This document shows positions 28,894-37,663 of a DNA stretch of 64,000 bases, in pieces. How positions within the stretch are numbered: position 1 is the stretch's first letter; every line of letters begins with the position of its first letter. The translations under genes were made by a program, and so were the position numbers. The notes under the pieces are model-generated. The model saw only the letters and a program-made list of their open reading frames with translations, was not told where the DNA came from and did no database searches. The stretch covers positions 37,245 through 101,244 of the IMG/VR virus record IMGVR_UViG_3300035703_000038. One strand, given 5' to 3'. This stretch comes from a virus.

Positions 28894-29601
28894 GTGGGTA
28901 GTCTCAAAAACACAACAATCAATGATACAGGATTTCTACAGCTACCTGTTGGTACCACTGCTCAAAGACCAACTGCTGCCAACGGTATGATGAGATATAA
29001 TTCCAATACTGGACTTGCAGAAGTGTATGCTGGTGGAGCGTGGAAAGGCTTAGCTCTTGGAAGTGAGTATGAAACACTCAACTTTGTTGGTAACAATGGC
29101 AACCTGACAATTACTAACAATGGAACAACATCAGTTGATATTGCTAAAACTCAGGGTAGTAACAGTTGGGATACGCAAGCATATGTAGCGACAGGATATA
29201 CAGCACCCGTAACTATGGAATTTAATAAGTTAGCGGATTCTGGTGACAATGGTGCTTCATATGCAATGATATCATGGAACGCTGATCCAACAACGGATGC
29301 AAGCTACACTTCTCTTGATCATGCATCATACCCATTCATGCAAAATGCTTACCACGTATATAATAATGGATCCAACCCGTTAAACACTGGTGCATGGTCA
29401 TCAGCCAGCAAGTTCTACTTAGTATACGCTACAAACGGATTCATGTATCACTATAATGGATCAACATTATTGTATTCCGTAAACTATGGATCAGGCACTG
29501 TCTACCTCGACACCTCATTTTATGCAGTAAACGGAACTTTCAGTAAATTTTCAAATATCAGAGTTATTAAAAAGGCCTGGAATGGTACAGCATACACTTA
29601 A
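28894..29601 (+). CDS. Short fibre/adhesin with a paralogous anchor and a different beta-sandwich tip
   Basis: GTG start with GGAG upstream. The first ~50 aa are nearly identical to the 28057 protein. Confidence 0.65.
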   Translation: MGSLKNTTINDTGFLQLPVGTTAQRPTAANGMMRYNSNTGLAEVYAGGAWKGLALGSEYETLNFVGNNGNLTITNNGTTSVDIAKTQGSNSWDTQAYVATGYTAPVTMEFNKLADSGDNGASYAMISWNADPTTDASYTSLDHASYPFMQNAYHVYNNGSNPLNTGAWSSASKFYLVYATNGFMYHYNGSTLLYSVNYGSGTVYLDTSFYAVNGTFSKFSNIRVIKKAWNGTAYT

Positions 29602-29613
29602 TCGGAGACTATA

Positions 29614-29937
29614 ATGTCAATTACCTATACATGGAACATAACACAACTAGAGACAGCACCATCTGAAAATGGTCTAGAGCATGTAGTCAAAACAATTCAT
29701 TGGCAGTATCATGCCACAGATGGTGTACATACAGCTGACATTATAGGGAGAGCGAGTCTCGATCCCCCTGACCCTATGGCTTATACTCCATATATGGAGT
29801 TAACAAAAGAACAGGTTATTAGTTGGTTGGAAGCAAAACTCGCTCCTGATATTGAAGAGATGAAGTTAGCTGTTGACCATAAACTGCAGAATATCGTCAC
29901 ACCACCAATAACAAGACCAAGCTTACCTTGGGTTTAA
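29614..29937 (+). CDS. Small fibre-associated/assembly protein
   Basis: TYTWNI..L......VVKTIHW....PY.ELTKEQVISWL...LPW, a family common next to phage fibre genes. Confidence 0.6.
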   Translation: MSITYTWNITQLETAPSENGLEHVVKTIHWQYHATDGVHTADIIGRASLDPPDPMAYTPYMELTKEQVISWLEAKLAPDIEEMKLAVDHKLQNIVTPPITRPSLPWV

Positions 29938-29945
29938 TCAATTAA

Positions 29946-31052
29946 ATGGCAACAACAGCAAGAATAGCTAGAACGGATGTACCTGGTGCAGTCCCAAATG
30001 TAACTGATACCACAAACACATCCTACATTGAACCAGGTGCATTGTTCATCAATGTCACTGATCAAAAGCTATACTCCTCAAATGGCACGAACTATTTTCA
30101 GATTAGCGGTGTTGGTGGTGGAGGAGCTGCAAGCAACGTCTCTATCATTTCTCAGTCATTTGCTGGTAATGGCACAAACACTCAATTTACATTACCAGCT
30201 AATGGTACTACACAAACAACATTTGTATTCCTAAATGGTGTTGCCCAAGCCCCAACTACAGACTTTTCTGTATCTGGTCCAACTCTAACATTCATAACAG
30301 CTCCAACTGTCACTGATACTGTATCAGCACACATTGTTGATATTAGTAGCCCCAATGATGTTGAGTTTACGAGTAACTTCTTTACTGGTAATGGAACAAA
30401 CACTCAGTTTACGTTAGGGTCATCTCTGGCTGGCAATTCTTATGCCTTGGTGTTCCTAAATGGTGTTGCCCAGGTTCCTACTACAGATTTTGGTGTCACA
30501 GGAACAACTCTATCATTTACCACTGCTCCAGCTAATTTAGATAATATCCAGGTTGTTAGTGTTAATGCTGCCAATAACTTGGCTACAACAACATTTACTG
30601 GTAATGGTACTAACAGAGTATTCACATTAACTGACCCATCAACAACTAAAAAGACATTTGTTTATATTAATGGCGTTACCCAAGTTCCAATAAACGACTA
30701 CTATGTCACTGGTAAAACACTAACATTTGTGGTTGCTCCTGCCAATAATGATAATATTGTTGTTAGAACATTCTTTGAGAGGCTGGATGCAAGTGGTGGA
30801 AATACCCATATTCAGTTTAATGATTCAGGTGATATTGGAGCATCAGATGGGTTTACATTCAATAAAACAACCAATAATGTTACAGTAGCTAATACATTAT
30901 CTGTCGCCAACTTTAGATTTACAGCTTCTAATCCTCCAGGCTCAGCTAGTGATACAGGAGTAGCTGGTACAGTAACTTGGGATTCAAATTACATCTATAT
31001 TTGCGTGGCAACTAACACATGGAAGCGCGTCCAAATAGCAACTTGGCCATAG
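29946..31052 (+). CDS. Virion fibre protein, short paralogue of the N-terminal part of 17619-22940
   Basis: Same anchor (KLYSSNGTNYF), three F.GNG modules and the same GTVTWDSNYIYICVATNTWKR end. Confidence 0.75.
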   Translation: MATTARIARTDVPGAVPNVTDTTNTSYIEPGALFINVTDQKLYSSNGTNYFQISGVGGGGAASNVSIISQSFAGNGTNTQFTLPANGTTQTTFVFLNGVAQAPTTDFSVSGPTLTFITAPTVTDTVSAHIVDISSPNDVEFTSNFFTGNGTNTQFTLGSSLAGNSYALVFLNGVAQVPTTDFGVTGTTLSFTTAPANLDNIQVVSVNAANNLATTTFTGNGTNRVFTLTDPSTTKKTFVYINGVTQVPINDYYVTGKTLTFVVAPANNDNIVVRTFFERLDASGGNTHIQFNDSGDIGASDGFTFNKTTNNVTVANTLSVANFRFTASNPPGSASDTGVAGTVTWDSNYIYICVATNTWKRVQIATWP

Positions 31053-31062
31053 TTTCTAATAA

Positions 31063-31070
31063 CATAAATA
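31063..31070 (+). promoter_or_regulatory. Late promoter variant
   Basis: Intergenic CATAAATA upstream of 31108. Confidence 0.6.
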
Positions 31071-31107
31071 AGTAGGACATTCACCTTTCAGTTTAGGAAT
31101 AGACTGT

Positions 31108-31296
31108 ATGACAACGAAAATTAAACCATCTAATGTTGAAGATGCTGTATATGAAGTTACAGCTAATAACGCCAACAATCTTGGTGGTACTCCAGCCAAT
31201 CAGCATTATACGGAAGCAAGAGTAACTATTACTGGTACTGCACCAACTAATGTTGGAGCAACATCAAACGGCCATATTTGGTTAGTTTACCAATAA
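31108..31296 (+). CDS. 62-aa mini-fibre/adaptor protein
   Basis: MTTKIKPSN anchor-like start, ANNLGG motif and TGTAPTN..NGHIWLVY fibre-terminal motif. RBS AGGA. Confidence 0.55.
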   Translation: MTTKIKPSNVEDAVYEVTANNANNLGGTPANQHYTEARVTITGTAPTNVGATSNGHIWLVYQ

Positions 31297-31308
31297 TAGG
31301 CTAGGGTA

Positions 31309-34300
31309 ATGCCAGGTAAATTATTCTTCAATGACAACGGCACTCTAAGAGAAGCCGAAATCCTAAAGGTTAACGATGGCGGTATTCTCCGTAGCATTAG
31401 AGATGCCTATGTTAACCAAAATGGAACATTGAGACAGATTTTCTCTGCAACAAGAGAAACATCATTTGAAACTTCTCGTACAACTGTATTTGATACGGCA
31501 ATCACAACAACATTTGATACAACAATTGCTACAAGTAAGAGCACTACAACTGCATTTGTTACAATCTTTGATACTGGTTATGATACAAGCAAATCTACAG
31601 CAACAAACAGAAGTACAGCAACAAGTAGATCTACAGCCTATGCTACAACAAGATCTACAACTACAGTATTTTTAACCAACACTGTATTTGAAACAACAAT
31701 TGGTACAAATAGAACCACAAGCACATCTAGATCTACTACTACAGCATTTGACACCAATACTGTATTTGAAACAACTATCGACACAAATAGAGTAACGGAT
31801 ACAAGTAGATCAACAACTACAGTATTTGATACCAACACTGTATTTGATACAACAATTAACACAAATAGAAATACAGCAACAAGTAGACTAACTGATTCTG
31901 TATTTGATACTGTTGTAACAACAAATAGATCAACTCTCTCTGTATTCAATACATCAACTGTATTTGACACAACAACAGCATTTGAAACATCTTACGCCAC
32001 AACAACTATATTCAGTACAACATCTACGTTTGATACTGTTATTGATACATCAAAGAATACAGCAACTACAAAATCTACTACAACAGCATTTGACACTGGC
32101 TACGACACAAGTAGATCCACTCTTTCTACATTTGACACATCGACAGTATTCCAGACAACTACTGTATTCAATACACTAAGTGTATTTGATACAACAATTG
32201 GAACAAGCAAGTCAACAGATACAAGTAGATCAACAACTACTGCATTTGAAACAGCCTATGCAACAAATAGATCTACAATAACAACAAAGAATACTACAAC
32301 TACTTTTGATACTGTTATCAATACTACCAGAGCAACTGATACATCTCGTGGTACTACAACTGTATTCCAAACAACAACTACATTTGATACAACTATTGGA
32401 ACAACAAGAGCTACTGATACAAGTAGAGCAACAACTACTGTATTCCAGACAACTACTACATTTGCCACAACAACAACATTTATTACAACACAAGGTGGTA
32501 CAACTGTATTCCAGACAACAACAACGTTTGCAACAACATTCTACTTCAATACATCTAGACAAACAACATCAACGTTTATTACAACGTTGGGTGGTACAAC
32601 AACATTTAATACTACAACAACGTTTGGTACAACATTCTACTTCAACACAAGTAGATCTACTACATTCTACTTCAATACCAGCGTTGCTACAACGTCAACA
32701 TTTATTACATCAGCTGGTGGCATAACAACATTTATTACTACTGCTGTAGCTGGTACAAGTAGAGGAACATCAGCTGGTGGTATCACTACATTCATCACTA
32801 CAGCAGTTGGTGGTACAAGTAGAGCAACAACATTCTACTTTATTACTACATTTGGTACTTCACTGGGTGGTAATACAACATTTGCCACAACATTCTACTT
32901 CAACACAAGTAGAGGAACATCAGCTGGTGGTATCACTACATTCATCACTACAGCAGTTGGTGGTACAAGTAGAGCAACAACATTCTACTTTATTACTACA
33001 TTTGGTACATCCGCTGTTGGTGGTACAAGTAGAGCAACAACATTCTACTTCAACACAAGTAGATCTACTACATTCTACTTCAACACATCAGTTCAAACAT
33101 TCACTGTTGTAGCTGTTAATTATTATAAAGGTATTCCTATACCTTACTACATCCAAACCGCTACTACATTTGGTACAGCAGCTGGCGGTATTACAACATT
33201 TATTACTACAGTTGGTGGCATTACCAGCTTCAACACGACATTCTACTTCAATACAACTCGGGCAACTTCGGCCGGCGGTAATACAGCATTTAATACTACA
33301 TTCTATTTCAACACAAGTAGAGCAACAACATTCTACTTTATTACAACGTTCATTACTACTGCTGTTAATAATACAAGTAGAGCAACAACATTCTACTTTA
33401 ATACATCACGTGGTACATCAGCTGGTGGCATTACCAGCTTCAACACTACATTCTACTTTAACACAAGTAGAGCAACAACATTCTACTTTATTACAACGTT
33501 CAACACAACATTTTACTTCAATACAAGTAAAGCAACAACATTCTACTTCAATACATCAGTAATTACTACAACAACATTCATTACAACACTTGGTGGTATT
33601 ACAACGTTTATTACAACACTTGGTGGTACAACATCTAGAGCAACTGCAACAAGTAGGGGTACTACTTTTTACTTTAACACATCTGTTATTACATCAACAA
33701 CATTCATTACAAGTGCTGTTAACAACACATCTAGAGCAACAGATACAAGTAGATCAACCACGTTTTACTTCAATACAAGTAGATCAACAGACACAACTAG
33801 AGCAACAGACACAAGCAGAGCAACAACTACTGTATTTCAAACAACAACTGCATTTGAAACATCATACGCTACAAATAGAGCAACTGACACGTCACGTGGT
33901 ACAACCACTGTATTTCAAACAACAACGACGTTTGAAACTGCTTATGCTACAAATAGAACAACATCTACATCATCAACAACCACAACAACGTTTGACACCG
34001 TAATTGGCACAAGTAGGTCAACAACATCTGTATTCCAAACAACTACAGCATTTGAAACATCATATGTTACAAACATTTTAACAGCAACTAGTGCTGCTAC
34101 TGATACAACAAGAGTTACAGAAACTAGTAGAAACACAACGACTGCTTTCAATACCTTAGTTGCAACAAGTAAGTCAACTACATCTACATTTGACACATCA
34201 ACAGCATATGAAACAGCATATGCCACAACAAGAGTAACTGATACAAGTAGATCAACTGATACAACAATTGACACAAGTAGAACAACTGCTACTGATAGAA

Positions 34301-34818
34301 CAACAGCTACCAATAGAAATACTACTACAGTATTTGAAACTGCTTATGCTACAAATATTGCAACTTCAACAGTATTTGATACTGTAACAACATTTGAAAC
34401 ATCATACGCTACAGGTAGAAACACATCTACAAGCAGATCTACGACGTCTGTCTTTGGTACAACAACAACGTTTGAAACAACATATGATACAAATATTGAT
34501 ACAGGAACAAGTAGAACAACAACTTCTGCGTTCAATACTGTAACAGCGTTTGAAACAACATATGATACTAACATTGATACAACAACAAGCAGATCCACAA
34601 CATCTACATTTGATACAGAAATTGTAACAACGTTTGATACTGTAACTATCTTTGATACAACAACAGCTTACGATTCTCAGTATGCTACAAACCGTAGCAC
34701 AAGTAGATCAACAACATCTACATTTGAAACTGCTTACGAGACAAGCCGTAACACAGCTTACAACACTTCCCAGAACACAGCTTATATTACAACATTTGAA
34801 ACCTACATTAATACCTAA
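31309..34818 (+). CDS. Thr-rich 1169-aa self-complementary repeat protein (predicted giant beta-hairpin fibre/adhesin)
   Basis: A 46-aa head of three NxxGxLR repeats is followed by ~150 units (Tx, TxXx, TxXXXx), a unique loop VVAVNYYKGIPIPYYIQ, and ~150 mirror-ordered complementary units. The ORF is secure; the function is inferred. Confidence 0.75.
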   Translation: MPGKLFFNDNGTLREAEILKVNDGGILRSIRDAYVNQNGTLRQIFSATRETSFETSRTTVFDTAITTTFDTTIATSKSTTTAFVTIFDTGYDTSKSTATNRSTATSRSTAYATTRSTTTVFLTNTVFETTIGTNRTTSTSRSTTTAFDTNTVFETTIDTNRVTDTSRSTTTVFDTNTVFDTTINTNRNTATSRLTDSVFDTVVTTNRSTLSVFNTSTVFDTTTAFETSYATTTIFSTTSTFDTVIDTSKNTATTKSTTTAFDTGYDTSRSTLSTFDTSTVFQTTTVFNTLSVFDTTIGTSKSTDTSRSTTTAFETAYATNRSTITTKNTTTTFDTVINTTRATDTSRGTTTVFQTTTTFDTTIGTTRATDTSRATTTVFQTTTTFATTTTFITTQGGTTVFQTTTTFATTFYFNTSRQTTSTFITTLGGTTTFNTTTTFGTTFYFNTSRSTTFYFNTSVATTSTFITSAGGITTFITTAVAGTSRGTSAGGITTFITTAVGGTSRATTFYFITTFGTSLGGNTTFATTFYFNTSRGTSAGGITTFITTAVGGTSRATTFYFITTFGTSAVGGTSRATTFYFNTSRSTTFYFNTSVQTFTVVAVNYYKGIPIPYYIQTATTFGTAAGGITTFITTVGGITSFNTTFYFNTTRATSAGGNTAFNTTFYFNTSRATTFYFITTFITTAVNNTSRATTFYFNTSRGTSAGGITSFNTTFYFNTSRATTFYFITTFNTTFYFNTSKATTFYFNTSVITTTTFITTLGGITTFITTLGGTTSRATATSRGTTFYFNTSVITSTTFITSAVNNTSRATDTSRSTTFYFNTSRSTDTTRATDTSRATTTVFQTTTAFETSYATNRATDTSRGTTTVFQTTTTFETAYATNRTTSTSSTTTTTFDTVIGTSRSTTSVFQTTTAFETSYVTNILTATSAATDTTRVTETSRNTTTAFNTLVATSKSTTSTFDTSTAYETAYATTRVTDTSRSTDTTIDTSRTTATDRTTATNRNTTTVFETAYATNIATSTVFDTVTTFETSYATGRNTSTSRSTTSVFGTTTTFETTYDTNIDTGTSRTTTSAFNTVTAFETTYDTNIDTTTSRSTTSTFDTEIVTTFDTVTIFDTTTAYDSQYATNRSTSRSTTSTFETAYETSRNTAYNTSQNTAYITTFETYINT
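32755..33008 (+). repeat. Exact 104-bp direct repeat (32755-32858 and 32905-33008), 150-bp period
   Basis: Direct comparison of the two copies. Confidence 0.9.
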
Positions 34819-34826
34819 CATAAATA
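34819..34826 (+). promoter_or_regulatory. Late promoter variant
   Basis: CATAAATA immediately after the stop at 34818. Confidence 0.6.
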
Positions 34827-34854
34827 TTAGTATGTCCTATTTGAGGTGATTATT

Positions 34855-35004
34855 ATGAGTGATGAACATAGAGTTAGTAATGAACAACTTGATAAGAAAT
34901 TAGAATCCTTTGTTGAAGTTGTTCTCCAAAAGATGATTGACCTTCATGCTGAAATCAAAGCATTGAAAAAGAAGGTCCATGAACTAGAAAAAGCAAAGGG
35001 TTGA
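34855..35004 (+). CDS. 49-aa coiled-coil protein (not in the ORF track)
   Basis: RBS GAGGTG. MSDEHRVSNEQLDKKLESFVEVVLQKMIDLHAEIKALKKKVHELEKAKG fills the intergenic gap. Confidence 0.75.
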   Translation: MSDEHRVSNEQLDKKLESFVEVVLQKMIDLHAEIKALKKKVHELEKAKG

Positions 35005-35008
35005 TATT

Positions 35009-35995
35009 ATGGTAGCTGAAGTCCCTGGTAAGGGTGGGAAGACTAAGTTCTTCACCATGTCCTCTAACGAGTGGGTAAATGATCCTGTAACCCACTTTAT
35101 GAAATCTGGCAATATGTTGAGATCTCCAGCCAACGATAGGCTATCAGAGATTGCTAATCTTATTCCTAAGAACCCAAATGGTTCTAAGATCGAGTATGAT
35201 ATTAACTACGGTAGTCCTAAAGACACCATTGCTGGTTACAAATATACTGACCTTCTAACACAGATGATCTATATGGCACCTTGCAACACAAGCATTGCCA
35301 CTAAGAATATTATCGAGTGTATCAGAAAGGGTATTACACCAGAAGGCCAAAGAATTACAGAGGCCCTGATAGCTAACCTAACAGACAAATACCTACTAGA
35401 TGAAGATCTAGATCTAGAGTATGGTGATGTAAATGAATTAGTGCTCCTCCCAGGTACTAACTTGATTGTTAAAGATGCAGTTGACTTTGAAAAAGTTGAC
35501 AACCTATTTGCCAACGGTGCTTGGGTGAAGTTACATCCAATCACTGCAAAGGTTTGGCAGACGATGCTTGAGAACAAATATAAAGGCAGAGTTGTTAAGA
35601 ATGATGCCTCAATGTATCCTATCCTAAAGCGCTGTAAGAAAGTCAACTTCACTCTATCGTCTGAGACTGGTTGTGCTGCTGTTCTATTAGGTAAGGGCAT
35701 TGGCTTAATCGACAATAAAGAAGCTAAGGTTGGCAAGACGTTTGAAGCAATCTATATGGCTCTAGATAAGTGTGGAGTTAAGGATAAGCTAATCAATAAG
35801 TTTGCTGCAATCATGTCACATCCTGAATCTGGTTTGATTACTGTTCACCATGAAAACAAACAAGAGTGTATCAATAGATTCTTCAATAACATGAAGCAAT
35901 ATAAACATATTACACTGAGTAAGAAGCCAGGTGAAGAAGGTGATCATGTTATTGAGCAAGAGTTGAAAGCACAAGGTGGGATTAGACAAGTATGA
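35009..35995 (+). CDS. Putative GT-B glycosyltransferase-like protein (KpsC/KpsS capsule-synthesis-like C-terminal domain)
   Basis: LVLLPG...WVKLHP...ILKRCKKV.FTLSSETGCAAVLLGKGIGLI matches the K.HP ... S..G.eA.l.GK pattern. Confidence 0.5.
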   Translation: MVAEVPGKGGKTKFFTMSSNEWVNDPVTHFMKSGNMLRSPANDRLSEIANLIPKNPNGSKIEYDINYGSPKDTIAGYKYTDLLTQMIYMAPCNTSIATKNIIECIRKGITPEGQRITEALIANLTDKYLLDEDLDLEYGDVNELVLLPGTNLIVKDAVDFEKVDNLFANGAWVKLHPITAKVWQTMLENKYKGRVVKNDASMYPILKRCKKVNFTLSSETGCAAVLLGKGIGLIDNKEAKVGKTFEAIYMALDKCGVKDKLINKFAAIMSHPESGLITVHHENKQECINRFFNNMKQYKHITLSKKPGEEGDHVIEQELKAQGGIRQV

Positions 35996-36885
35996 AAACC
36001 TTTGTAATTGCACAACACCATGGTGTGTTCCTTACTCTAAAGTCCATGCATGACTGTGGTATAGATGATATAGTTGTCATTGTACCAGGTGGGCAGGTGG
36101 AGAAATACAATAAGATGTATTCTGAAAAACCTGAAGATCCTGAGTACCAGGCATTTCAAAACTACGACAAAAGGATCAAAGAGTTTATTCAGAATAATAA
36201 TATCCAAGCTGAAGTGTTTGTTTATGATGGCTTTGATATTAGAAACACTGTTAGCTCAGCTCTGAGATTTGTTGATGCCTATGGGTGTAGAGAGATTGTA
36301 GCATGCCTACTATCAGGTACAATTGTTATTAAAGATTATAGAGATAACATTAAAGAGCAGCTGCTGATGAAAGAGATTGGTGCATGCTCTTCTAGAGTGT
36401 ATCAGAACCATAATCAGCTATCAATGTACCATATGATTGGATTGCCACAAATTGATAAGTCATTGGATGTTAATTTCTTTGCAGCTGACATGACTAAAAT
36501 TAGGCCAGCTCAGCTTGAGATGGATGATAGCAATCTTCTAAATGATGCTACTAAAAGAAAGCAACTTGCCCATATGTCTAGAGAGTTCAATGGTAAGGAT
36601 GACCCTCTAATTGGTACTGCTATTTCAGCTAGACAGACAATTGCTCATAATCTTAGAATCCAGGCTGGCTTCATTGTTAATCTATGGAATAAGTCAATTA
36701 AAGGTTCCGGCCAGTTAAAATCAGAAGAGTTATTTGGCTATCCATTTAACTATTATAGCAAATATGTTAGAGAAGTAGGCAGCTATCTACCAAAATCCAC
36801 AGTTAATAAGATAATTAATAATGGCGAAGAGACAGAAAAGTGGACAGGCGGTCTATATGATTGTCTGGATATAATTGATCTATAA
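35992..36885 (+). CDS. Putative GT-A (GT8-like) fold protein with degenerate DxD motif
   Basis: LTLKSM, ACLLSGTIVIKD (compare LYLDSDTIV.KD), NFFAADM and DDSNLLN (compare DQD.LN). ATGA overlap with the upstream gene. Confidence 0.4.
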   Translation: MKTFVIAQHHGVFLTLKSMHDCGIDDIVVIVPGGQVEKYNKMYSEKPEDPEYQAFQNYDKRIKEFIQNNNIQAEVFVYDGFDIRNTVSSALRFVDAYGCREIVACLLSGTIVIKDYRDNIKEQLLMKEIGACSSRVYQNHNQLSMYHMIGLPQIDKSLDVNFFAADMTKIRPAQLEMDDSNLLNDATKRKQLAHMSREFNGKDDPLIGTAISARQTIAHNLRIQAGFIVNLWNKSIKGSGQLKSEELFGYPFNYYSKYVREVGSYLPKSTVNKIINNGEETEKWTGGLYDCLDIIDL

Positions 36886-36888
36886 ATA
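36881..36888 (+). promoter_or_regulatory. T4-type late promoter
   Basis: TATAAATA upstream of gp13. Confidence 0.85.
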
Positions 36889-36921
36889 CCTTTACAAAGT
36901 GTATTTTAGAGGGTAAATCCC

Positions 36922-37662
36922 ATGGCAGTTCCAACAACCAGAGCTACTTTTAAAGAATATTGCCTTCGTAAACTTGGTAAGCCAGTTATTGAAATCAATG
37001 TGGATGATGACCAAGTGGAAGATCGTATTGATGAATCTTTAAGATATTATTGGGATTACCACTTCGATGGTGCCGAGAAATTATACTATAAGCACCAGAT
37101 TACATCAAATGATAAGACAAACAAGTATATAACCTTACCGGAAAATATCATCGGTGCGGTGAAGATATTCCCAGTTGGTCAAAGCATCAATACGATGAAT
37201 TTGTTTAACATTCGATACCAAATTGCATTGAATGATCTTTACACGTTGACCACTCAGTCAATGATTCCATATGTGATGGCAATGCAGCATATTCAGTTCC
37301 TAGAAGAAGTTTTAGTTGGCCAAAAACCAATCCGTTATAACAGACATAAGAATAGATTGTTTGTTGATATGGATTGGGATTTGGCTGTCGAAGGCGAATT
37401 CCTAGTTGTAGAGGCTTATGAAGTTGTGGACCCTGACACATTTGCTGATGTTTGGTCAGATCGTTGGTTAGCCCTTTATACAACAGCACAGATTAAGTAT
37501 CAGTGGGGTACAAACCTAACCAAGTTCACTGGTATGGTTCTTCCAGGTGGTGTTCAGTTCAATGGCGAGAAGATTCTAGATGATGCTAAGGCAGAAATTG
37601 AAGCACTGGAACAAGAAATGCAGACGTCCTATACATTACCAGCTTACCATATGGTAGGATAA
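36922..37662 (+). CDS. gp13: Neck protein gp13
   Basis: YCLRKLGKPVIEINVDDDQVEDRIDE, QWGTNLTKF.G..LPGGVQFNG, and gene order. Confidence 0.93.
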   Translation: MAVPTTRATFKEYCLRKLGKPVIEINVDDDQVEDRIDESLRYYWDYHFDGAEKLYYKHQITSNDKTNKYITLPENIIGAVKIFPVGQSINTMNLFNIRYQIALNDLYTLTTQSMIPYVMAMQHIQFLEEVLVGQKPIRYNRHKNRLFVDMDWDLAVEGEFLVVEAYEVVDPDTFADVWSDRWLALYTTAQIKYQWGTNLTKFTGMVLPGGVQFNGEKILDDAKAEIEALEQEMQTSYTLPAYHMVG

Positions 37663-37663
37663 C

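Noticed and set aside
17619-29601. Diversity-generating retroelement or invertase-driven fibre switching
   Set aside because: No reverse transcriptase or recombinase is in the window, and I saw no adenine-specific template/variable repeat pair or inverted cassette. Genes outside the window cannot be excluded.
31309-34818. DNA inverted repeat or CRISPR array as the cause of the symmetry
   Set aside because: Both arms are ACA-rich on the same strand, so they are not DNA reverse complements. The repeats are in-frame and degenerate at third positions, with no constant repeat-spacer structure.
31466-34849. Gln/Leu/His-rich alternative-frame ORFs and Val/Cys-rich antisense ORFs in the Thr-rich gene
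   Set aside because: They are frame-shifted readings of ACA/ACT repeats with no independent signals.
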